A program made the translations under genes and the position numbers. A stretch of 64,000 nt of DNA from assembly GCA_038087875.1 (NCBI GenBank), contig CM075996.1:8682001-8746000 (forward strand). Direction: 5' to 3'. This document shows positions 52,278 to 62,940 of the stretch, piece by piece (the first letter of the stretch is position 1; each line of letters starts with the position of its first letter). Source of the stretch: Malacoraja senta. Its lineage: Eukaryota. The notes under the pieces were generated by a model. That model made no database searches and was not told the DNA's origin. It was given only the letters and a program-made list of their open reading frames with translations.

Positions 52278-53433
52278 GTTCCAACTGCTGCTTGACCACA
52301 GACTTGCGCCCTTTAGTCTTTACACATTCCCGTTTGCTGGCTCACTCTTTAACTGTCCTCATTAAAGTATCAAGTGAAGGGCTTTGTGGAATCACCTCAC
52401 AGCGGGTAAAGCCACCTGCTTCATCACAACACCAGAGACCCGGGTTCGATCTGGACCTCGGGTGCTGTCAGTGTGGAGTTTGCACCTTGCATGTGATCGC
52501 GTGGGTTTTCTCCCACATCCGAAAGACATGTGGGTTTGTGGGTTAATTGGCTTCTGTAAATTGCCCCTTGTTTCTCATTTCGACACAAGGAAACCCAGAT
52601 GCTGATTTACAAAAAAAAGTGCTGTAGTAACTCAGTGGGTCAGGCAGCACCTCTGGAGAATGTGTATAGGTGAGGTTTAGGATCAGAGCCTTCTTCAGAC
52701 TGAAGAGTCCCGACCCAAAACCATGTTTTCTAAAAATGCTGCCTAACCCGCTGAGTTACTCCAGCTCCTTGTGTCTTCTGTTCCCTTATTTTCCCAGTTC
52801 ATCAAGCTGAAACAAAACTCCCTTTGTCTTTGCACAGATACATAGCAACTTTCTGAACATTTTCTGCTCTTGTTTTATAGTGATGGTTTCCAAATAAACT
52901 GGTTTGCCAAATGGAAATCTCTGACTCCATTACAATCTTCCATCATTTTAAAGATTTATATTAGGTCACCACTCACGCTTCTTGAGAAAAGAGAACCAGT
53001 CTATTTTGTTCCCCATTTCCTGTTAAGTGCACCTTTTCAATTCTGCTTTAATTCAATCTAATGCCATTTCCTGTTTTTCTAGCGAGCAGATAATCCTCAT
53101 TCTGTATAGGAAGGAACTGCAGATGCTGGTTTAAACCGAAGATAAGACACAAAAAGCTGGAGTAACTCGGCGGGTCAGACATCATCTCTGGAGAAATGTA
53201 ATAGGTAACGTTTCGGGTCCCTTCAGTTTGATGAAGGGTCTTGACTCGAAACGTCACCTATGTTATCTTGTTGACATAACTCCTAACATCTCGCCTCTTT
53301 CACCTTAGAAGTAAAACCTACTCATTGCTTTCTGTATGGCCTTGCTAACAATGGCACTAGCTCGCAGTAGTTAGTCTATTTATGGTTTGAAATCTCCCAA
53401 GTCTGTCCAGGCACTAAGACCAACCATATAACC

Positions 53434-53845
53434 ACGGAAATCGCTATCAAAACATGGGGAGGACACAATTTCTTGGCGGCCACGAGCATGCGCACACAAG
53501 GAAGGCTTCGGCCGTGGGCCCTGTGGACGGTAACATCGGGGGCTGACCTGGTTGGTGACAAACTCCGAACTCCAGCGACAGCAGCTTCGTCCGCCCTGAA
53601 TTGTGGGGCTTGAATCGGCCCGTTCACGGGGTCCTTCATCGGCCAGCGGGGGCTTCAACATCGGGAGCCTCCATCGCCTCGATGCAGCAGTTTGATTTTA
53701 AGCCACGCCGGGCGATGAGCCGATTCAGCCCTTAGAAAGCGTCTGATAAAGTCCGGATTACAAAACATGGGGGGGGGGGGGGATTGTCCCCCACCTCTCA
53801 AAGCATGTGGGAGGGACGTGTCCCCCCCTGGGATTTCCACCCATG
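53434..53845. mobile_element. Probable hAT-type MITE with damaged left end
   Basis: 8-bp direct repeat atataacc on both sides; right end gggatttccacccatg; left remnant cggaaatc. Confidence 0.5.
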
Positions 53846-54407
53846 ATATAACCAACAGGCTGGCCCAGTGTGGCAGGGTCCCACAGCTCATGTGGAACCA
53901 CAGGGTTAGGCCTGAAGATAGTGGTAACATAGTTTCATGACTGCAACACACACACATTCTGGTACAGTCTGAAGAAGGGGGTCTCAACCCGAAATGTCAC
54001 CCATTCCTTCTCTCGAGATGCTGCCTGTCCTGCTGAGTTACTCCAGCATTTTGAGTCTGTCTTGTTACAGTCACCTCTCTAGAGGATTTGAGGGGATTTA
54101 TTTTTACACACACACAGAGTGACTGATATTTGAAACACACTGTCAGAATATGCAGAAGTCAGACACAATCGCTACCTTTAAGAACCATGAAGAGATGCAT
54201 GTGAACAGGATTGGGATGGACTCGGTTTCCACGCTATATCTTTCCATCAAACAATGAGGGGGGGGGGGGGTTGCATTGAAACTTGTTTCAGAGATGAAGA
54301 AGCAGGCTGCAGGGATGATGTTTCCCTCAGCTGAGGGTCATTACCCCAGTAGGAGCGAGACATTTAGGATAGAGAGAAGGAGAAAAGAGTTCCTCTAGAT
54401 TTGGCAT

Positions 54408-54690
54408 GGCACGGTGGTGCAGCGGTAGAGTTGCTGCCTTACAGCGCCAGAGACCTGGGTTCAATCCTGACTACGGGTGCCGTCTGTACAAGATTGTCCG
54501 TTCTCCCTGTGTCTGCAGGGGTTTTCTCTGGGTGTTCCGGCTTCCTCCCACATTCCCAAGACGTATTCGTTGACTTTGGCAAGTTGAATAAAAATTGTCC
54601 CTAGTGCGAAGGATAGTGTTAGCGTGCGGGTGGTCGCTGGTCGGCAGGGACTCGGTGGGATGAAGGGCCTGATTCCGTGCTGTATCTCTG
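54408..54690 (+). mobile_element. tRNA-derived SINE (HE1-like)
   Basis: Family match. Confidence 0.85.
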
Positions 54691-54889
54691 TATCAGGTCT
54701 GAAGTGGGTTGGAGTTCTCTATCCCAGTGCTGTAGACGCGCCGTCACAGCAGATTTATGATAGGAAGGGAACAGAAGGATATTGGAGATGGGCAAAAGAA
54801 TGGGACCTCGATCCTGATGAACGGTGGGCAGGTTAGAAGGGCTGAATGGCTTCACCCAGAGGGTCATTCCTACATCCTACATTCCTACA

Positions 54890-55140
54890 TTTTTCACACA
54901 GAGAGTGGTGAATCTCTGGAATTCTCTGCCACAGAAGGTAGTTGAGGCCAGTTCATTGGCTATATTTAAGAGGGAGTTAGATGTGGCCCTTGTGGCTAAA
55001 GGGATCAGGGGGTATGGAGAGAAAGCAGGTACAGGATACTGAGTTGGATGATCAGCCATGATCATATTGAATGGCGGTGCAGGCACGAAGGGCCGAATGG
55101 CCTACTCCTGCACCTATTTTCTATGTTTCTATGTTTCTAT
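54890..55140 (+). mobile_element. CR1 3' end
   Basis: FFTQRVVNLWNSLPQ; (TTTCTATG)n tail. Confidence 0.85.
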
Positions 55141-55199
55141 CCCTTCGCCTCACCTCTCCCCATCCAGAGACAGATCTGTAACAAATGAAACTGGGACAC

Positions 55200-57599
55200 A
55201 CCGTTCATTACATACAATTTAGATTTAATGTTCTGGGAAATATTTAACGCAAACGTTGTTACCAAAGGTAGAGTTGGCGTGGGCCCCTTGAGCAGCAGGG
55301 CGCCCGCAGACCTTTGCTGACAGAGGTGGGACCATTGTGACATGAGGGGGGGAGAGAGGTGAGGCGCTGGGCCGCCGGTGCGGAGCGGAGCTGCTCAGTG
55401 GTGCTGGACAGGGGCAGTGTGGGACAGGATGGCTTGGCGTCATACCATCTAGCCCAGCCCCAGCTGAATGCAAGGGCAGCTGGTGCAGCCTGGCCGCTTT
55501 TAAGCTGCGACCGCATCTTCCAGCAGCAAGGGCCGTCACCCTTCCCGGCGGTCAAATATAACTAAGATGGAGCGGGGATGGCTCATTCCCAAATCCATCA
55601 GTGCCGCCTCTCCCTCCTCCCGATGACTCCCAGCACGCACACAACCTGTGGACTTGCAGTTGGCATTGTGGCGAGGGCAGTGGGGTCAGGGCAGGACCAG
55701 TGTTAGGGGGAGTGGGAGGTGGAGGGAGTGAGTCGGGCGGCGTGAGAGGAGTTTGTGCCAGTAATCATGAGGGTGGGTGGGCAGTGCCACCTGGGGCGAG
55801 CTGTGCCACCCTGTGCCACCTCCTGGCCATCATTCTCCGCCTCAGTGCATGGCATGGCGGCAGGGTAGGGGCAGTGTCTGCTGGAGGGGAGAGTCCATGC
55901 TGCTGCCCGGCTCCGGCTACATCAGTGGTTTGTCCCTTCAGTGCAAGCCCGCGGTGGCGGCAGGCAGCCACACACCCACCCATGGGCTCCGGGCTCAACC
56001 CGCGTCGCTTCACCCCACCCCTAGCGGGCGGGCGCTACACACAGTTTCACAGAAACCTCAGGCTGGAAGATATTTCACGGGGTAAAACCAGACACGCACA
56101 GCCGAGCGAACCAGCCCGGCCTTAAACATTTTCAAGTAAAGTCCTTCAACAATCGGTGTCCAGTGTGTGCAGGCAGGACGAGAGGCTGGGGACGGGGACG
56201 GGGCACCAGCTCCACGTTAGTTCATCTCAGTTTGCCTGGACCAAGGGCCGAGGGTTGTACAGTGAGGATGCTGCCCGGTGCTGCTCTGCCATCCACCGGC
56301 CCAGTGGCAAGTCTGTTCTTGCTGCCTGACCACAGTTCACCCCTCTCCCTGAATGCAAACCCCTCCGCTCCCCACACGCAACTCCCCACCTCTCCTCTCC
56401 TCACATGTCTCCGCCACCTTTCCTCTCCCCATACATCTCCCCCATCTCTACTTTCCCCTCCCCGGGGATCTCCCCCATCTCTCCTCTTCCCCACACGCAA
56501 CTCCTACCTCTCTCCCCCGCACACAACTCCCACCTCTCCGCTCACTCCACCTTACCTCCCCTCTCCCCACATATAACCCCTCTCCGCTCACTCCACCCCA
56601 CCTCCCCTCAGGCCGCCACTCCACGTGGTACAGACGAGGCTTGGACCGTTGAACGGCTCGGACCGCACGTCCAGTTGGAGTGAGCGACCTGCGGCAAGTT
56701 CTCCGATTGATGCCAAGTTGCTCCAGGGTTAGTGCACTGGGCCTTTACACCCCTGCAGCCACATGCAGCGCCCTGCACGGACAAGCTTGGTTAACAGCAC
56801 GCACCCACTCACTGTGCCTGCCCTCCACCCTCTTATTGTGCTCAATCCCCCCCCCCCCACACCCCTCCCCAAATTCCCATCTCCTTCCATGCACTCCTGG
56901 TCTCTCTCACGACCCCCAACGCCTGCCTCTGCTTGCCCTCTGACCACTCAGGAGCTCAGTGGGAAGGAGCAACCGCACGGGATGCTCGTCGTTCAAGTGT
57001 GGACGTTCATCGTACCTGTCCCTGAGTTACTGACCCAAACCCATTCCCCTGCCCTCGCTTCCCCTCCCCTCCCCCCCCACCCCCCGGTCCCATCCTCTGC
57101 TATCATCACTGCCCACTGGCCTGAGGACGAGCTTGGCCGAGTCATATTTTTGTACAGAAAGTGCTTGAACCAAAGAAATGCTACATCCAGACTGGGTCAG
57201 AGCTCCGTACACCTTCCCCACTCCCTCAGCACCTCGCCACCACTGCAGACTCTGCCGGTGCTCTCCAGTAGAGAGACTCCCTCACTGACAATGTGGCTGG
57301 TGCACCGCACCTCAGTCGCAGAACCGTTTTGGACAAAGAATGAACTTGGAACGTGGAAGTAAACCTGGAGCAGAACTGAGAGGGGGAAAAAACAAAAAAA
57401 CCCAGAGAGAAAGCAGCTTGGCCCAGACGGACATGGCTGGGAACGTCAAGGTTGGTGAGAAAGTGCGGGTGCAGCGTGGCCTCGATGGGAGCAGTTCGGA
57501 GAAGCTTCCAGAACCCACAGGTAGTGGCAAGATGCCAGACAGTAGATGATGCACAGTGACCTGACCCTCCAGTGTTGCACTTGCTGCTTGCTGGTGGCA
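55200..57599 (-). other. MGAT3: Probable MGAT3 3' UTR, with candidate ATTAAA poly(A) signal at 55224-55229
   Basis: About 2.4 kb with no recognisable transposon directly after the stop codon. It ends at a minus-strand ATTAAA followed by GT-rich sequence, where repeats resume. Inference only. Confidence 0.5.
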
Positions 57600-59141
57600 C
57601 TATGTGATTCCCCCGGTCTGATTGTACGTGTCCACAGCTCTCCCCGGCCCCTGGCCCCAGCTCTCCTTCAAGTAAGGGTTCTCCAGCAAGTACTTGTACC
57701 TGCCGTAGTTTTGCAGCAGGTACTTGGGAGCGTACATGTGTTCCTTCGGGTCCGCGGGGGGGTACTCCTGCTCAGTGCCATCGAACCAGCCCCCCGTCTG
57801 GATCAACTCCCGGATGTAGCTCAGGTCCCTTTTCTCCTGGTAGTTGCCCCAGCGGGGGAAGTCTCCGTTCTGGGCTGACAGCAGCTTGAAGCGGATGCCC
57901 TCGGGCCGAAAGCACCAGGAGCAGTGCCAGCCGGCAAAGTGAAGCGGGCTGCCCACCGACCAGGGCACCAGGATGTGCCCGGTGCTGTTCTCGTACTTGC
58001 GGAAGTTTGGCATCAGGTAGTACTCCCTGCGCCTCAGCTTGATGCCGTCGCCGTTGTACACCATGAAGAGCATGGCCACGGTGCAGCCCGACACCACCTC
58101 CAGGCTGCCCGGCTGCTTCCAGAAAAAGCCGTAGAGGGACTTGCGGAGGTGGAAGGCGAGCGGCTCCGTCCACCCGTCGAACAGCTTGAGGAAGAGCACG
58201 CCGTCGCGGGCGGGGATCTCGTCGGCGTCGTCGATGAGGAAGATGTCGTCTTCGCGGAGGTTGGCGATGCGGCTCATCCCGTTCTGGGTGAGGTAGGTGC
58301 GCAGGTAGTCGTCGGCGATCCAGCCGTCCTGCCTGCCGCCGCTGGGGAAGTGGTCCAGGAAGACGTACAGCACCTTGGAGGCCACGTAGCCGTACGTCCC
58401 GTTCAGGAGCATCTCGGCGAACCTCAGTGGCTTGGGATCGCCGAAGGCAGTGAAGTTGGACTCGCAGATGATGAAGACGTCGACCACGCTGCCCAGCTCG
58501 TGGAACCGCACGTCCAGCAGGTCGAACTCGTGGTTGACGTTGATGGCGTTGATGACCCGGCGCGGCACCGCCCGGGGAGTCAGGCGCTCCTTGGTCGGCA
58601 TGTTGGAGTGCTGGACCATGGTGGGAACTCCGCAGTAGGGCCCGTGCCAGCCCGGGAGGCAAGGGCACCCCACCCACCGACGTCTCGGCCTCCCACCCAC
58701 CCCCACACCCACCGCCTTGTGCGTCAGTGGCTTGTCCAGAGAACTGCGGGCCCAGGCCGCCCCTCCCTCCATGGACCCCGCCATCCTGTTCTCCGTTTTG
58801 GTCCCCTGTTTAAAGCAAATGGCTCCCGCCTTGGTCCGTATGAAGTACTCGGTCTCATCGTCTTTCAGCTGAAACTGGGCCCGGTGCAAGTACGGCCAAC
58901 CTCCCTGGTGACCGCCCAGCGACGCCTGCAGCGATGCCAGGCCAGCGCTGGCATCCTCCCCCTCGTTCCGCTTCCAGAAGAGGTGCGAGTCGACGAAGAT
59001 GGACCTGAGGGAGGGGCTGAAGGCGGAGAGCTCGCGGGAGAAGGTGATGTACGACAGGGCCTTGAGGAAGTCAGGAAGGAGATGAGGCAGAGTACCCGCC
59101 ATACATAACATCAGAACTACACGGTGTCGCCGCATCTTCAT
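57600..59141 (-). CDS. MGAT3: Beta-1,4-mannosyl-glycoprotein 4-beta-N-acetylglucosaminyltransferase (GnT-III, GT17), single coding exon, 513 aa
   Basis: Translation MKMRR...EYFIRTKAG...CLPGWHGPYCGVPT...PRRVINAINVNHEFDLLDVRFHEL...IDDADEIPARDG...AGWHCSWCF...SAQNGDFPRWG matches vertebrate MGAT3. The true ATG at 59141 follows a splice acceptor (tctccctgcctgcag|G ATG), so the first 11 aa of the ORF-track call are intronic. Confidence 0.97.
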   Translation of the reverse strand: MKMRRHRVVLMLCMAGTLPHLLPDFLKALSYITFSRELSAFSPSLRSIFVDSHLFWKRNEGEDASAGLASLQASLGGHQGGWPYLHRAQFQLKDDETEYFIRTKAGAICFKQGTKTENRMAGSMEGGAAWARSSLDKPLTHKAVGVGVGGRPRRRWVGCPCLPGWHGPYCGVPTMVQHSNMPTKERLTPRAVPRRVINAINVNHEFDLLDVRFHELGSVVDVFIICESNFTAFGDPKPLRFAEMLLNGTYGYVASKVLYVFLDHFPSGGRQDGWIADDYLRTYLTQNGMSRIANLREDDIFLIDDADEIPARDGVLFLKLFDGWTEPLAFHLRKSLYGFFWKQPGSLEVVSGCTVAMLFMVYNGDGIKLRRREYYLMPNFRKYENSTGHILVPWSVGSPLHFAGWHCSWCFRPEGIRFKLLSAQNGDFPRWGNYQEKRDLSYIRELIQTGGWFDGTEQEYPPADPKEHMYAPKYLLQNYGRYKYLLENPYLKESWGQGPGRAVDTYNQTGGIT

Positions 59142-59264
59142 CCTGCAGGCAGGGAGACAAGCAGAAAATAGCAATTAAATATAGGCCTCAAGAGGCTGCG
59201 TCTATCTACGCTGCATACTTCAGAAGCACGAGGAAGGCTGTGTGCGATCTACATAAATAACACT

Positions 59265-59670
59265 AGTTTCCAACAGTGGGAGAGTCTAGGACTAGAGGTC
59301 ACAGCCGCAGAATTAGAGGACGTTCTTTTAGGAAGGAGATGGGGTGACATTTCTTTACTCAGATGGTGGTGAATCTGTGGAATTCTTTGCTACAGAAGGC
59401 TGTGGAGGCCACGTTAGTGGATACATTTAAGGCAGAGATAGATATATTCTTGACTAGTACAGGTGTCAGAGGTTATGGGGAGAAGGCAGGAGAATGGGGT
59501 TAGGAGGGAGAGATAGATCAGCCATGAATGAATTGCGGAATAGACTTGATGGGCCGAATGGCCTAATTCTACTATCACATGACCTTATGACAGATCAGCC
59601 AGGATTGAATGGCGGAATAGATTCATGGGCCGAATGGCCTAATTCTGCTCCTATCACATATAATCTTATG
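59265..59670 (+). mobile_element. CR1 3' fragment with duplicated tail
   Basis: ESRTRGHS...WNSL and two gggccgaatggcctaattct ends. Confidence 0.75.
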
Positions 59671-60322
59671 ATATCAGCAAGAATCAGGCCGAAACAAAAA
59701 TTCAAATGAGATATAAAAATGAATACAAGAGGAAGAGAATGTATGAGGAAACAAAAATTGTTGGCAACATAACCAGGAATATAGAAATGCTCGAAGGCAT
59801 AAATAGAATTGTAGAGCATGGAGAGGTGGGGTCCACTACGGCTATACAAACTTTTAATACACGGCAGGGTACTTAGGAAAAACACAGTGCTGGAGGAACA
59901 GAAAATGTGATCAGGCAGCATCTCTGGAAGACATGGGTCGGTCACGTTTCGGGTTAGGACCCTTCTTTAGAAATCAAACCATTCTGAAGATGGGTTCGGA
60001 CCCGAAACGTCAGCCGTCACTCCTTCACTAGGGTCTCTCCTCACGGGTAGTGACTGGCCCATCGCTAAACTGAACCTGAAACGGAACTGAACTGAAACTG
60101 CCACAGATGCTGCCTGATCCGCTGGCTTCCTCCAACACTGTGATTTACTCAAGATTTGCAGTTCCTTGTTCCTCCCGAGCATTGAAGAAAGTAGTTTGGG
60201 ATTGCTGACATTATTCTGGGCTTTATCAATAGATTAGAAAGTAGGGAAGTCATTCTGAACGCACTGGTCTGACCTCAACAGTAGTATTTTGCTTCATTCA
60301 GATCACCACATTACAGACAAAA

Positions 60323-60630
60323 TAGACAATAGACAATAGGTGCAGGAGTAGGCCATTCGGCCCTTCGAGCCAGCACCGCCATTCAATGTGATCATGGCTG
60401 ATCATCCCCAATCAGTACCCTGTTCCTGCCTTCTCCCCATATCTCCTGATTCCGCTATCTTTAAGAGCCCTATCTAGCTCTCTCTTGAAAGCATCCAGTA
60501 AAACCTGCCACCACCGCCCTCTGAGGCAGAGAATTCCACAGACTCACAACTCTCTGTGTGAAAAAGTGTTTCATCGTCTCCGTTCTAAATGGCTTACTCC
60601 CTATTCTTAAACTGTGGCCCCTGGTTCTGG
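60323..60630 (-). mobile_element. CR1 3' end
   Basis: Nearly identical to the 16877 copy. Confidence 0.88.
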
Positions 60631-61189
60631 ATGTGCAGGAAGGAACTACAGATGCCGGTTTATACCAAAGATAGACACAAAATGCTGGAGTAACTCAGCG
60701 GGTCAGGCAGCATCTCTGGAGAGAAGGAGTGGGTGATGTTTCGGGACGGAGCCCTTCTTCAGTGTGAAAGATAGAGAAGGCCAGAACAACACAGGGCCGG
60801 CAACAGATGATCTCAGGAAGGGAGTCCATAATGGCCCCATTGTTGGCTGGGGAAGATGTGCCAAAGTCAAGGATACAAGGATGTTTGCAGCCTTGGACTC
60901 GACCCTTCATGAGGTCAGCTGTTGCCGGCCCAGCATACCCTCACCCCTGCTCCATTATTGCTGGAGTCTTCAGCAAGGCTGACTTGAAGAAGCATACGGA
61001 GAAGCCCACCGTGTCTGAGCAACACGGACAGTTTACCAGCCGCTGAGATTAGAGTTATAGAATTGTACAGTACAGAAACTTTAATGGAGCTATGCACGGA
61101 AAACCCAGGGTCTTCCATCCATCAACATTCCTTCGCGCCCTTCCATTCCCTATTCATGCCCTACCTCCGTTTGCCTTCCCAAAGATGCA

Positions 61190-61470
61190 TGGAAGGAGAA
61201 CTGAAATGGTCCAAGTGAATATGAGTGCAGGATGGAAATTAGTAGTGAAGTTAATGAAGTTCGTGAGCTCTGCATGAGTGCGGGAAGTAGCCCCGATGCA
61301 GTCGCCAATGCAGTGGAGAAAGAGTTTGGGGATAGGGCCAGTATACGCCGGGAACAGGGATTGTTCGACCTACCCTACAAAGTGGCAGGCATAGCTGGGA
61401 TCCATTGAAATGGTAGGCAGATGTCGGAGATGGTCCAAGTGAATTTGAGTGCAGGATGGAAATTTAATAG
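61190..61470 (-). mobile_element. Penelope RT-core fragment with partial duplication
   Basis: SMDPSYACHFVG...GPIPKLFLHCIGDCIG...NFHPALIFTWTIS. Confidence 0.65.
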
Positions 61471-61854
61471 TGAATTCAATTAATCCCAAAATCTATCGCC
61501 TTGCACTTGTCAGGATTAAAATCCACCCCCCAATGCTCGTCCCAAGTTTCCACGATGTATATCGTGCTTAACCTTAGACGGCTTTCCTCGCTATCTACAA
61601 CACAGCCAACTGGTCACGCATTCTATGTTCACATCCAAGTTATTAATATACATCACAAGTTAATTATGAAATTTAATCCTGATAAATGGGAAGTGAATGC
61701 AATTCAAAGCTGTGAAGTGTGAGGTGAACTAACAAGGGGTGGACATATACAATTAATGATAGGGTTTTGGAGAGTATTGAGGAACGGATAAACTCAATGT
61801 ACACGTCTAATAATCTCCAAAGGAGGCAGCACAGGTGGATAAGATGATGAAGGC

Positions 61855-61990
61855 TCAAGAAGGAACTGCAGGTGCTGGAAAATCGAAGGTAGACAAAAGT
61901 GCTGGAGAAACTCAGCGGGTGTGGCAGCATCTATGGAGCGAAGGAAATAGGCAACGTTTCGGGCCGAAACCCTTCTTCAGACCCTTCTTC
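61855..61990 (-). mobile_element. Solo Penelope-terminal mini-element with intact hammerhead-like core (61953-61980)
   Basis: 14-bp TSD aagatgatgaaggc at 61841-61854 and 61991-62004. Confidence 0.85.
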
Positions 61991-62940
61991 AAGATGATGA
62001 AGGCAGTATTTAAAGTATTCGTTTAGTTTACAGCTAGGAAACAGGCCCTTCGGCCCACCGAGTCCATGCCGACCAGCGATCCCCGCACACTAACACTATC
62101 CTACACACACAAGGAGCAATTTCAATTATACCAAGCCAATTTGTCTATAATAGACAGACACAAAATGCTGGAGTAACTCAGCGGGACAGGCAGCATCTCT
62201 GGAGAGAAGGAATGGGCGACGTTTCAGGTCAAGATTCTCCTTTGACGAAGGGTCTTGGCCCGAAACGTCACCCATTCCTTCTCTTCAGAGATGCTGCCTG
62301 TCCCGCTGAGTTACTCCAGCATTTTGTGTCTAACTTCAGGCATAGGTGGTGGTTGTTGAAGAAGTACAACTAATAAAGGAGGAGATCAGTGCAATGATGA
62401 GGAACAATCTTCGCGTTGAAATCTAAGGCACAATGTGAATCACGAGTTGAGTTTTACTGCAGTTCCATTGCTACACAATTAGCCTGCAAACCTGTACGCC
62501 TTTGGGGTACAGGAGGAAACCGGAGCTCCCGGAGGCAACCCACACAGGGTCATGGGGAGAGCGTGTAACCTCCATACAGAAAAGCACCCACCGAACCCAG
62601 GTCTCCTGAGCTGTGGCGCAGCAACTCTACCGATGCACCACCAATTTACTTACCATCGAATATAAAAGTAAGGTTACAGTACAACTTCTTAAATACTACA
62701 ATCAAACATTTCATGATAATGTACATATTTTGTGTGACTTTCTCTTGTACTTCCCTATTTCATGAAGAACAATCCCAGTTTATCTGTTGAAACCTTTTGC
62801 ATAATTCTATTCTGTAACCTCTCTAAAGGGAAGTTCAGTTTACTCTGAATTTGCTGAAATCTACCTGGAGCTGAGCTTCTTTTAAATAGAGCACAAAGGA
62901 AATGCTTTATTAAATAATAACCCATTGAAAGTAAACTTGC

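Noticed and set aside
57924..59108. 394-aa ORF antisense to MGAT3, and the 301-aa alternative-frame ORF 57772-58677
   Set aside because: Shadow ORFs expected from the GC3-rich codon usage of MGAT3; no recognisable domain.
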